Below are positions 17,501 through 24,393 of a stretch of DNA of 26,552 nt, in pieces; positions within the stretch are counted from its first letter, which is position 1, and each line of letters starts with the position of its first letter. The position numbers and the translations under genes are program-made. The DNA comes from a virus (taxonomy: Duplodnaviria; Caudoviricetes), in the IMG/VR virus record IMGVR_UViG_3300048598_000128, positions 1-26,552 of that record, one strand, 5' to 3'. The notes below the pieces were generated by a model. That model was not told the DNA's origin, searched no databases, and saw only the letters and a program-made list of their open reading frames with translations.

Positions 17501-17668
17501 GCGGGGCTCGTAGTCGTTGCCGTTGTAGGAGAAGCCACCTTCGGACGTCTTGAGCCCGTGCGTCGAAAACCGGCGCACCGTGCCATCAACGAACGTGACC
17601 TCGGCCAAAAGAAGGGGCTGGTAGCCCTCCTCTAGAGCCTTTGCGGCGGAAATGGTCCCGATTGGCAT
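11552..17668 (-). CDS. Fused tail hub / tip-attachment / central fibre protein (2038 aa)
   Basis: N-terminal hub with gpL-like Cys pattern (KRCRW, PCGYS, SCAYTRADC). VPLLYGT and NRITVAFQD...Y tip-attachment motifs. FN3-like and CBM4/9-like domains. Fibre-like C-terminus (QVLGARQTGW). Lies downstream of the tape measure and Dit genes. Confidence 0.85.
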   Translation of the reverse strand: MPIGTISAAKALEEGYQPLLLAEVTFVDGTVRRFSTHGLKTSEGGFSYNGNDYEPRILNQNIAATQALSDQGVDRTPSVTLKLADADSNLMLTCEQAEGLGFKGATLVLRFVFWNVGTDQFSTDAMVPFIGTCSAPKADESTLSVTATSILDLTKEKIPVELIQKRCRWIFPTTAAERHEAAYGDEDSNFFPCGYSPDAGGDEARGNYETGTTPYTSCAYTRADCLLRLGNTSSGLIDIDNAGRHTGNFSGSTWEPADTWHSKGYVENEWLDGENSDCKAKYGDVVPLLYGTQWVTPKILNVVGDGNLTAFEVLICSGEINSITRVIVNDVQIPQSGQGGSTVAGFWNYLNQGGRRGTQNKDTFYDGKSEPYGSMCVIHVRVPKRLVSSGSTPDVQVLVKGPKIRVYHAIASVVAANGTARVTFDGTNVDIASNDTNLKVSISGCSLSALNGTWGCLTDFTNTTASFACGSVTGSGTGGYFSCKIYSENMVWQHIDMCSRAGVTIDNFDMERLCLSAKKCDALLHYTDTTGTAQTGYRFHGSSNMTRRRSVAEALRAHRNGFRGILCPNRPNNGKLTLEIEQTLAEQQPSPVTGSNYNEPIASVLADGTAANGYPAYHFDESNILVEDDESTLELDQNSISDSPNRITVAFQDKDNTYVSDTASVYDTEDLTRAGREVEQSFTVDGVQSYDHARRIIKPQFAKNFRGNAYGDTRGTMIFTWKTSFQSIYLQIGQIVILSSLKWGLSKQMVRLIQVQPAANFRTVTLTGYFFKDEWCTDAYGQGTTETTSGTLHDTLSRPAFPWNPGYEAPPSGDSIFDTTRKTFGVGQSYEEKADGSSTAVISVTGNLPVNSFSSSLRPPMVPLQGTTANTGGTIPGGLTLWVGISSIDADGFRTKMSGLCSVVIPSGTSTNTATVSGLNWTTAAAGYAVYAGTDPSAMCWQAEGSGKPASITLTAWRRADLGAPDGEFDRLLVRAKRVAMSGVWQGQVSAVTATTIALSGAAWTANAFAGYDCSLIGYVSGATVPIANFRIASNTAAVLTLASGAPSPVVLGMATGDTLVIRCKPSTANSGSVTDPALALAMNALKGKMLRVFAGTGAGQLVQITSNTAATISASFVTTLDATSRFIVEDSEWLYSSTTSSIENTDPEADVTLSIQAANHTGDVLLVEAATLDGGDAESFYYLNPTREVYLSGHAGYGVGTSDVAPPDPGSVAVAVASDASDVTKFSLTVTISAASDIGTTAKYEFQADYTATGYDSGWMDLGEALKGASSKLFGLFSKGTVEQSVSVRVRAVNAYGTAGNWVTTTTPGIIPASSSGVPTVVPASFALSVKAYSNSAEGDPYAEVVGSFEMPAGADTISVWVAEKAYGYTGTPALTDYSGEFAVAGTAIDNWRKRPQAGARVFMALVSDNAAAGVWNPLTSACPVAHVDIAPWGKPPAPTGCAVTVQNIHTADGAAYFDLAFAWTEAASADYHYMMIGRIRRADSLYTAVEGATYAENGDYCEASPFIAKDIKQPSNDEFWTYRFRPVDCRDVVNDDGVVYVNVTIPASLGLDLSAAKASSLFGLAVADGKLAVSTGSGLDVDSSGDVALQVGSGLTIDNANQLASLVRSGLANGDYKYGVAGWTIAGAAAKTTADTTDYYGESPSCRVTADGANANGPYQTVAWLPGQTARASAWVKSTITGTAYAVLQFLDSSSSVLKETQATVTADGSWRQYTLTSTAPSGTATVRYFPFMTTAGATAGYALIDVCTLIQMAVDLGYATGFSTDEFTINNASLVLNSIAASKLYVGSVLRVGGGSGTYAASFGGAANGQIAVYNAENELRAWMGEQGSYFGVWAGEFRAGGTDPSSALIYMNSAGSSYIKGTTFVLELHGVRVAIENTVDSVYGAYAGVIVQNISTVQRTIVTAGGLACIGTNGCVAVTEYGDGAAGGLVAACRPDGTAVAILDGRNQQIRVYGSTGTAVSVLLDGNTESVKATRYFDGSGLQVLGARQTGWGAYTPADRMVGHLVSSTATAAQCAQVANAIIDFLMVHGAFGA

Positions 17669-17685
17669 TCGTTGTTAAATCTTTA

Positions 17686-17714
17686 TTGACAAACTATCGA
17701 AACCTTGATATATT
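17686..17714 (+). promoter_or_regulatory. Strong sigma70-type promoter
   Basis: TTGACA (17686-91), N17, TATATT (17709-14), with TGn extension. AT-rich context. AGGA before ATG 17735. Confidence 0.85.
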
Positions 17715-17734
17715 AAATACAGGAAAGCCCAAAC

Positions 17735-18289
17735 ATGGCGAACAGAACCTACATTGAGAGAAACGAAACGACGCGGCGGCGATTTCCCGGAATTTTGCAA
17801 CGGGAACGCATGAAATGCCACATTTGCGAGGAAATGATCGACGAGGATGACATTCTCACCTGCCCGCTCTGTGGCGAGTTCTACTGCGAGTCCTGCGGCG
17901 AAAAGGGCTGCGAATCCTGCCATACGGCCAAGGGCAAGCTCGTATGCCTCGACTGCCACGACATCATGCTCACCACCTCGGATGGGCTGCTGTTTTGTCC
18001 GACGCACCTGGTCATGCACCACGAGGAGTTGGAAGATCCTCCCGAAGTGATCGAGGCGGCGAAAGAGAGGGCGCGCATCGCGCGCCTTCTCTTCGCGGAC
18101 AAGGCAGGCACGTTCTGGGCCCGCCAGTTGAAGGCCGGAGACCCGTTCATGGGTGCCCGCCCGGCTGCGAACGAGCGCTACCCTGGCGACGAATCGTGCT
18201 CGAAGATGTTCGTGTTCGCGGCGCTGGATGTCCTGGAAAAGACACGCCTTTTCACCAGCGATGGGCGCATTTCGCGAATCCAGGTTTAG
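17735..18289 (+). CDS. Cys/His-rich multi-zinc-finger protein (moron gene 1)
   Basis: CHIC, CPLC, CESC, CESCH, CLDCH and CPTH within about 65 aa. Has its own promoter. Confidence 0.75.
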   Translation: MANRTYIERNETTRRRFPGILQRERMKCHICEEMIDEDDILTCPLCGEFYCESCGEKGCESCHTAKGKLVCLDCHDIMLTTSDGLLFCPTHLVMHHEELEDPPEVIEAAKERARIARLLFADKAGTFWARQLKAGDPFMGARPAANERYPGDESCSKMFVFAALDVLEKTRLFTSDGRISRIQV

Positions 18290-18308
18290 CATGGGCGGCT
18301 CAGATTTG

Positions 18309-18337
18309 TTGACAAATGCAAAGCCCCGTGGAATAAT
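18309..18337 (+). promoter_or_regulatory. Sigma70-type promoter, probably giving a leaderless mRNA
   Basis: TTGACA (18309-14), N17, AATAAT (18332-37), with TGn extension. ATG at 18345 is 7 nt past the -10. Confidence 0.75.
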
Positions 18338-18344
18338 GGAGGCA

Positions 18345-19043
18345 ATGGCGGGAAAGAACGACTTGACCCCTAAGCAGTTGGCGGCGATGCTCCAGACGCT
18401 CACCCCCGGAGAGATGCGGCGGGTGGCGTCTGAAATGGACCCCACCCAGCGGGCGATGGTGCGCGAGTTGCTCAAGAACGCAAAACCGGGCCGCCCCCCC
18501 AAGATGGCCAAATGCCGATACTGCAAAGAGTTAATGGGGGCGCGCGAACGCTGGGCGCATGAGCCCATCTGCAAGGCTCGCAACCAGCCGGACACCAAGA
18601 CCGAGATTCGCGCAGCGCGCAATGCGGCGATCCAGGCGGATCATTCGTCCGGGGTTGCTGTTGACGCCTTGTCCTTGAAATACAAACTCTCGGGCGCCAT
18701 GATCCGGCATATCATTGCGCTTCCGCCCGATGCCCCGCTGGCGCAGCGCCGCGGCCGGCCCTTCGGCCATGGCGGGCGCCGCTTCAAGACCTACGTCCTC
18801 GACGATTCCGAGATCAAGGCGATTCGCGCTGAGCGCGGAGCGAGCCCGGACGCGACCATCCTGCTGAATGAAGTGGAGGTTGCCACGCTGCTCCGATGCA
18901 GCCAGGCCGCTCTCCGGCGATGGCGCAAGGACGGCGAGGGCCCGGCGTATATCCTGACTAGTCGTCGTTCGGTTCGCTACACCCCGGAAGCGCTGCGGGC
19001 GTGGGTAGACGAAAAGGGCCGGCAGAACCTCAAGCCTGAGTAA
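18345..19043 (+). CDS. Multi-module DNA-binding protein (C2HC zinc finger, Mor-like HTH, AT-hook-like motifs, HTH_17/excisionase-like)
   Basis: PGRPPK; CRYC-x11-H-x3-C; RNAAI.....G.....L..KY.LS...IRHII; RRGRP; LLNEVEVA.LL.CS..ALRRWR..GEGP.Y......VRY....L.AW. Confidence 0.82.
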   Translation: MAGKNDLTPKQLAAMLQTLTPGEMRRVASEMDPTQRAMVRELLKNAKPGRPPKMAKCRYCKELMGARERWAHEPICKARNQPDTKTEIRAARNAAIQADHSSGVAVDALSLKYKLSGAMIRHIIALPPDAPLAQRRGRPFGHGGRRFKTYVLDDSEIKAIRAERGASPDATILLNEVEVATLLRCSQAALRRWRKDGEGPAYILTSRRSVRYTPEALRAWVDEKGRQNLKPE

Positions 19044-19859
19044 TCAGGGGCCCTTCTGCTGGATCTGGATATCGACAGACCACTCGTTGTTCCCGATGTT
19101 GCGGAACTCCAGCGAGTCGGTCCCGAACCGGCAGTTCGTCACCATTCCGAGATTCCCAGGCGTCTTGGCATAGGCCCCTGGCCCGCGCATGGGCGACACC
19201 TGAGCGCCGAACAAATTGATCGTCCGGCTCGCCCAGGTGGAGTCGCCGCCAATCTGGACGTAGACCGGGTCGCTCATCACAAGCTGAACAGCGTATCGGA
19301 TCCGCGTCCAATCGTTCGCTGGGCAGTCGAACGATGCGCGGCCGAGGTTGGCCCCACTAGACGACCTGAATCCGATGGCAAGCTTCGTCCCGCTGGCCGG
19401 CGCCTTCGCCCAGACCGACGCACAGAGCCAAAACCCGATTGCACCTCCGGATGGCAGCACCGGAGCATACATGATCCCGTCCGAACCCGTCGATGCCATC
19501 GACATGGCGCATGTTCCGCCAAACGGGTCAGTCACGGCCGAGCCCGCACTGACGCCGGCCAGGGTCCAGGATGAAGCGCTGAAGTCTTCGCTGGCCGGAA
19601 CGAGGTTCCCATTCGGATCGAGATACGTGAACGACCTCAGTCGGCCGTCCACTGTCGCGAAGAACGCCTCGTAGATGGCCCGGTCTCCGCTTGAAATCGA
19701 CGACATGCCGAGCGTGAAGGCTGAGAGCGGCGTAGGCCGCCGGGCATACGTGAACCGGCGGCCGGTGGGCAGCGCGTTCTTGACCGTCTCGAATGAGGCG
19801 GTGGCCTGATGCTGCTTCTGTGCCATCGCGCCGCGTGAGTTCTGCGGAAAGTAGAGCAC
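19044..19859 (-). CDS. Distal tail protein with inserted carbohydrate-binding-like module
   Basis: FF....GR..SF.YLDP Dit/DUF2460-like core. NLVPASEDFS..SW...SVWAK...WTR..lFGAQV insertion. C-terminal CRF. Confidence 0.75.
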   Translation of the reverse strand: MLYFPQNSRGAMAQKQHQATASFETVKNALPTGRRFTYARRPTPLSAFTLGMSSISSGDRAIYEAFFATVDGRLRSFTYLDPNGNLVPASEDFSASSWTLAGVSAGSAVTDPFGGTCAMSMASTGSDGIMYAPVLPSGGAIGFWLCASVWAKAPASGTKLAIGFRSSSGANLGRASFDCPANDWTRIRYAVQLVMSDPVYVQIGGDSTWASRTINLFGAQVSPMRGPGAYAKTPGNLGMVTNCRFGTDSLEFRNIGNNEWSVDIQIQQKGP

Positions 19860-19867
19860 CTGTTCTC

Positions 19868-20236
19868 CTATGGCAGCGTCTGCACGATGTTCAGCGTCAG
19901 GCTGAACGTCCCCGGCTTTGTACCGTCAGTCGGCTGGAAGCGGTCATCATCGAAAGCGCAATTCTGATAGGTGGTTCCCTCCAGCGTCAGCGACCATGTG
20001 GTATCTTTGGCGCCTTGGCAGGACAGCCAGAAGGCCCTGATGTTGGATAGGTCGTACCCGTTGATAGCGGAAAAGACGAGCGCAAAACTGGAGAGCGCGG
20101 GGCCTGTCTTCCAGCGTTGCTCGCTTCCGTCGATATAGCGCAGGACGTCGGTCGGCCTGGCGCGTTTGATGGACAGGCCCGAGCGGAGTGGTACCGCTCG
20201 GGCCGTCCCGCTTTTGACGTTTGGGAATGTGGCCAT
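19868..20236 (-). CDS. Distal tail protein (gpM/DUF2460-like, 122 aa)
   Basis: Immediately after the tape measure gene. DGSEQRW...IRAFW....G...CAFDDD. Confidence 0.75.
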   Translation of the reverse strand: MATFPNVKSGTARAVPLRSGLSIKRARPTDVLRYIDGSEQRWKTGPALSSFALVFSAINGYDLSNIRAFWLSCQGAKDTTWSLTLEGTTYQNCAFDDDRFQPTDGTKPGTFSLTLNIVQTLP

Positions 20237-20245
20237 GATCTCCCG

Positions 20246-23200
20246 TTACGCGTACTTCGCCGCGTCGGCGATCTCAGCGCGGAGCGAACCGTTCGACTGG
20301 ACGGCCTGGCGAACGATTTCAGTCAGGTCATCGGATCGCGCCGCGATCGACTCCGCGTCCATCGCGTCGATGTTATTCGTGACGTTGATGATCTGGGAAC
20401 CCGTCCGGGCCTTGCCCCGGTAGTTGTAATCCACCTCGAATCCCGAGGTGTCAAGGGAGTAGTCCCGGCTGTCGGGCATCGTCCACTTGTTGTTCTTGAG
20501 CGCCGTGTTGACGTCTTTGTCGTACTGCGCTCGTTTGTTCGGCATGAAGGCGCCGACCAGCCCGAGTCCGATTGACGCGATGGCGCCGATTGGCCCCAGC
20601 ATGGGCAAGGCCTTGCCGATTGCCGGCAGGAGGGTGGGCAGGGTGGCCACCAGCCCGGCCGCGCTGGCGCCCGCTGTGACGCCGCCGCGAACGCCGCCCT
20701 GGTGGATTCCAGAGTAGATCCCGTATCCCGCTGCCGCCGCGGCGGCGCCGGCGGCCACTGAACTGGAGACCTTCGAACCGAGCGACCGTGGAGAAGACGT
20801 TTCCCAGGTCGAACCGCCGAGGTTCATGCCATCGCTGGCAATTTTCTTGAGTTCGTCGTTCGAATAGGAAGACAGCGAGGCGCTTCCCAGGCTAAAGCCG
20901 TTCTGGCTGAGTGTGCTTCCAACGGTTCCGAGCGTTCCGGCGGCCGACCCAAACGCGCCGGTCCCTCCGAGCGCCAGCGCCTTCATGGACGCATCCAACT
21001 GGGCCATCGTGGTGGTGTTGGTGGTGATGGACGTCGTGTTCTGCTCAGTCGCCGTGGAGTTGAGCTGCAGGGCGTTCGACGGGTCCAAGACCGTGCCCTG
21101 AGTGAGCCACTTCGGCATGTTGAGGCCTTTGCCCCATTCCGCCATAGCCGGCCCGACTCGTTTGAACGCCTCAGTGCTGATGTTGGTGAAGAAGCCCTCG
21201 CCCACAGTCAGGGCCTGGGACTTCAGCATGGACGAGATACCGCCGCCGGCGCCGCTGGAGATCAGCGCGCGGTACATGGTGCGTGAGGTCTCCCGATACT
21301 GGTCGACATGGGCCTTCTGGAGTTCGAGGACGTGGAGCGTGGCGTCCTCGTTCGCCTTCGTCACGGCCAACTGGTATTCGCCGTCCTTGTGGTCAACAGC
21401 ATACTTCTCGCCGGCAATCTGTAGCTGTTTTTGCAGGGAGAACCCGATTACGGCAAGCTGGTCGTTCGGATTCCTGAGCTGGAAGAGCTTCGTCTGAAAC
21501 TCGGCCTCCTGCTGAGCGCCCTGGAGGCGCACAGCCTTTTCCTCTTCGGCCTTTCGAACTCCCAACTCGGCCGTGGCAACCATCTTCTCCTGGTAGGCTG
21601 CGGCGACCTCCATACGCAGGACGCTCTCATCCTTGAAGGAGTCTTTCGAGTTGAGCCATTTATCGAAAGCCGCCCCCTCTTTGATATAGGCGGTTTCGTT
21701 GATAAGCGCTTTCTCTTGCTCCGGAGTTTGGTCCTTCCCATGCACCCGAAGCATGGCAAGGGAGTAGTTTGAGGCGATCGAAATGGAGTCGTCTGCGTAG
21801 GAGCGCTGATCCTCCTGATCCGCCTTGACCTTCCGGCGTTCGGCGTAGTCATACTCCCAGTTGGCGGCTCGGATGGCCTTATCGCGCGCCACCTTGTCGC
21901 CGCCGGCGCCCTGCGCCTCGAATGCCGCGGTGGCCTGGCTGATTCGGCGGTCCCGGAACTTCGCATAGGCGGCGAGATCGTGATCGGACGTCTTGTCCAG
22001 TTCGATCAGGCGGATTTCGTGGTCCGCGTCCTCCTGGAGCCTTGATACCTGGAGGTCTCGGACGTACTTCTGCTTGTCGAGGTCCGCCTTCTGCCGAAGC
22101 ATCCCATAGGCGCCGCTGGCCTGCGCCCGAGCTGCCGGGCTGAGTCCCTCCATCTGGAAGTTGAGGTCCTGCACGCCCTCGGCGTACTCGGCGCCGATCC
22201 GCTGCTCTGGCGACATCAGCGCCATCTCGGCCGAGCGCCGCTGCTTCATGTAGGTGCGCAGCAACGAGCGGGCCTGCTTCTCCATCTGCTCGGCTTCGCC
22301 GGTGTCTTCCGTTAGCGGCGGTCTCGGCTTCAGGTTGCCGGGCGCCGGGTGCTCCATGTTCCAAACCCGATCCAGAATCTGCTTTCTAGAGAATCCGTAT
22401 GGGCCGGTGTAGTCCTCAATTGCCGGGAGCCTGCCGCTTCCGGTAGGCATGAGTACGTCACCGACTGGAATAAATCCATTCGGATCGATCGGAGCCCCCA
22501 GATCCCCGATATTCACGCCCCGTTTCTTTTGCTGTAGATATTCCTGGGCGTATTCGTCGAGGGCTTGATCTTTGAGGTACTCCTGGAGCCGCGGTGATTG
22601 CTTCTTGTTTCGTTCGTAGGTCTTCTGGTCAATAAGTCCGAGGCTGAACGCCCGATCGTTGTTCCGCATCTTGCGGTCAAATTCGGACTGTTGATCCGTA
22701 TACCGCTTCGTGATGCTCGTGACTGAGTCTTCAGTGGCCATGGCGCCGGCAACGACGCCAGCTCCAGCCGATATTCCAGCGCGCCACGGCAGCGGAACAC
22801 CATTTAGAAACGTGAACGTCGTCACCGCCACACCAGCCCCGAGAGCAGCGGCGGACACTTTGTTGAACTTGTCGGAGTTCTCCTCGGCCATGCGCCCCAG
22901 ATCGCGCATTGTTGTGGCCAGGCGGAATACGACTGGCTGGAGCCCCATCCCGAGGGCGCCCTTGAGATCGTCGGCATACCTGCTAAGGGACTGCATCTGG
23001 CCGCCAGTGGTGGCCAGCGATGCCTCGTAGACGCCGAAGATGCTATCGCTCGCCCCGAGAACCTGCTCTGTGCGGGCCGAAGTGCGCTGATCTTCGGTCA
23101 GCGTCTTCTGCTTGATGTTGTGCTCTTTCGCGTACTTCGCGTAGGCGTCCTTGTAGAGAACTTGGAGGCCTAGCGTATGGAGCGGCCGAACCTGCTGTGT

Positions 23201-23764
23201 GGCGATTGAATACGCGATCTGATCTAGCGCCTCGGACGAGGATACGCCTCCGATCTTCGCGGCATCCTGAGCCAGCCGGGCAAGTTGCGGGGCATAACTC
23301 ACATCCACCCCAGCCTGAATCAGGCGCGCCACCGACTTCAGGGAGTCCTGCTTCGTGATTCCCTGAATTTGAACCTGCGCGATCTTCTGCCGCGTCTGGT
23401 CGATGCTCATCGAATTCGCGCGCGCCAGTGCGTCGACCACGACGGTCAATTGCTGCGTGCGGGCCGCGTATTCGGCGGCCTCACGCGTGTAGTTCTTTAT
23501 CGAACCGGCCATCGACATAAAGGCGCTGGAGAGCGCCGTCGCCTTGAAGATGGTGGCGCCCAGGGAATCCCCAACGGTTTTTGATCCGTCGGCGAGATCC
23601 TTCATTCCTTTGCTGGTGCGCCCGAGGCTGACCTCGAAACTGGCAAACTGCTGAGCACCAACCTTGATCTCCCCATTCATCCCGTTCAGAATGGAGGCGA
23701 TCCCCTGGAGCATCTGCTGACCTTCAGACCGGATCTTGAATACGAGTTCGAGTTGCCGTGCCAT
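20246..23764 (-). CDS. Tail tape measure protein (1172 aa)
   Basis: Long helical Ala/Lys/Glu/Gln-rich ORF after the chaperone. Gly/Ala hydrophobic segments. C-terminal INVTNNIDAMDAES. RBS GGAG at 23769-72. Confidence 0.9.
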   Translation of the reverse strand: MARQLELVFKIRSEGQQMLQGIASILNGMNGEIKVGAQQFASFEVSLGRTSKGMKDLADGSKTVGDSLGATIFKATALSSAFMSMAGSIKNYTREAAEYAARTQQLTVVVDALARANSMSIDQTRQKIAQVQIQGITKQDSLKSVARLIQAGVDVSYAPQLARLAQDAAKIGGVSSSEALDQIAYSIATQQVRPLHTLGLQVLYKDAYAKYAKEHNIKQKTLTEDQRTSARTEQVLGASDSIFGVYEASLATTGGQMQSLSRYADDLKGALGMGLQPVVFRLATTMRDLGRMAEENSDKFNKVSAAALGAGVAVTTFTFLNGVPLPWRAGISAGAGVVAGAMATEDSVTSITKRYTDQQSEFDRKMRNNDRAFSLGLIDQKTYERNKKQSPRLQEYLKDQALDEYAQEYLQQKKRGVNIGDLGAPIDPNGFIPVGDVLMPTGSGRLPAIEDYTGPYGFSRKQILDRVWNMEHPAPGNLKPRPPLTEDTGEAEQMEKQARSLLRTYMKQRRSAEMALMSPEQRIGAEYAEGVQDLNFQMEGLSPAARAQASGAYGMLRQKADLDKQKYVRDLQVSRLQEDADHEIRLIELDKTSDHDLAAYAKFRDRRISQATAAFEAQGAGGDKVARDKAIRAANWEYDYAERRKVKADQEDQRSYADDSISIASNYSLAMLRVHGKDQTPEQEKALINETAYIKEGAAFDKWLNSKDSFKDESVLRMEVAAAYQEKMVATAELGVRKAEEEKAVRLQGAQQEAEFQTKLFQLRNPNDQLAVIGFSLQKQLQIAGEKYAVDHKDGEYQLAVTKANEDATLHVLELQKAHVDQYRETSRTMYRALISSGAGGGISSMLKSQALTVGEGFFTNISTEAFKRVGPAMAEWGKGLNMPKWLTQGTVLDPSNALQLNSTATEQNTTSITTNTTTMAQLDASMKALALGGTGAFGSAAGTLGTVGSTLSQNGFSLGSASLSSYSNDELKKIASDGMNLGGSTWETSSPRSLGSKVSSSVAAGAAAAAAGYGIYSGIHQGGVRGGVTAGASAAGLVATLPTLLPAIGKALPMLGPIGAIASIGLGLVGAFMPNKRAQYDKDVNTALKNNKWTMPDSRDYSLDTSGFEVDYNYRGKARTGSQIINVTNNIDAMDAESIAARSDDLTEIVRQAVQSNGSLRAEIADAAKYA

Positions 23765-23797
23765 TTTGCTCCAGGGAAAAGGTGTATTTTGGTTGGA

Positions 23798-23977
23798 ATG
23801 GATCCCGAAGAACTCACCCCTCAGCAGCGGGCGATTTACGACGAGGAACTGGCGCGTGAGATGGCCCGCCGAGAGGCTGCGCGAAAAGGCCCGGAGGAGC
23901 CGCTACCCTCATGGTTGAATGGGATATTGTTCCTGGTCGCCGTCCTGTCTTTCGCCATCTGGTTCGCTTTTCGCTAA
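23798..23977 (+). CDS. Small single-TM membrane protein (59 aa), moron
   Basis: MDPEELTPQQRAIYDEE...WLNGILFLVAVLSFAIWFAFR. Fills the gap between chaperone and tape measure genes. Stop overlaps the convergent stop. Confidence 0.65.
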   Translation: MDPEELTPQQRAIYDEELAREMARREAARKGPEEPLPSWLNGILFLVAVLSFAIWFAFR

Positions 23978-24393
23978 CCATCCCGCTTGTCGGTCTCCAT
24001 GCGGGCCTGCTCGTATCGTGAATTCTCCACTTCGAGCAGGTTCATGGCATCGACCGTGGCGGCCGGCGTGTCCCCCAGGTTCGGCCCCAGCGGCGTTCCT
24101 CCGATGCCTTCGTGGAGCCGTTTGCACTTGATCCAGAGCATCAGGTACTCCATGGATTCCGGAGTGACCAACGACACCGGGCATTCGGCCGAGGAGACGC
24201 CTTCGATGTCGAACGACGTCCCCTTTTCCGTCCGGTGCTGAGCGATCCAGCAGGCCTCTCGCTTCGGGTCCACGGCCTCGGGGAACCGCTTGCGGCAGTT
24301 CCTCTCGGAATGCAGCGTCTCGGCTATGCAGTTACGGCAGCGGTATCGGTCGCTTTCCCACCCTCCGCTGCGCCAGAAGTGGTAGGCGATCCT
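23974..24393 (-). CDS. Tail assembly chaperone T segment (-1 frameshift extension; G-T fusion about 298 aa)
   Basis: The -1 frame is open from the slippery site: RIAYHFWRSGGWESDRYRCRNC...VDPKREACW...TDKRDG*. Confidence 0.8.
   Translation of the reverse strand, partial: RIAYHFWRSGGWESDRYRCRNCIAETLHSERNCRKRFPEAVDPKREACWIAQHRTEKGTSFDIEGVSSAECPVSLVTPESMEYLMLWIKCKRLHEGIGGTPLGPNLGDTPAATVDAMNLLEVENSRYEQARMETDKRDG

Noticed and set aside
9010-17668. Diversity-generating retroelement or invertible fibre cassette
   Set aside because: No reverse transcriptase or invertase, and I saw no template/variable repeat pair or flanking inverted repeats by eye. A self dot-plot would settle it.
17675-18622. 315-aa - strand ORF that would keep the operon on one strand
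   Set aside because: No motifs, while the + strand genes have promoters and recognisable domains.
18860-19043. Excisionase marking a prophage end
   Set aside because: The HTH_17 is one domain of a larger protein in the middle of the tail genes, with no integrase or att site nearby.
24353-24359. Lambda-type slippery sequence GGGAAAG on the - strand
   Set aside because: Read as GGG AAA G in the chaperone frame, not G GGA AAG. The in-frame A AAT TTA explains the shift.
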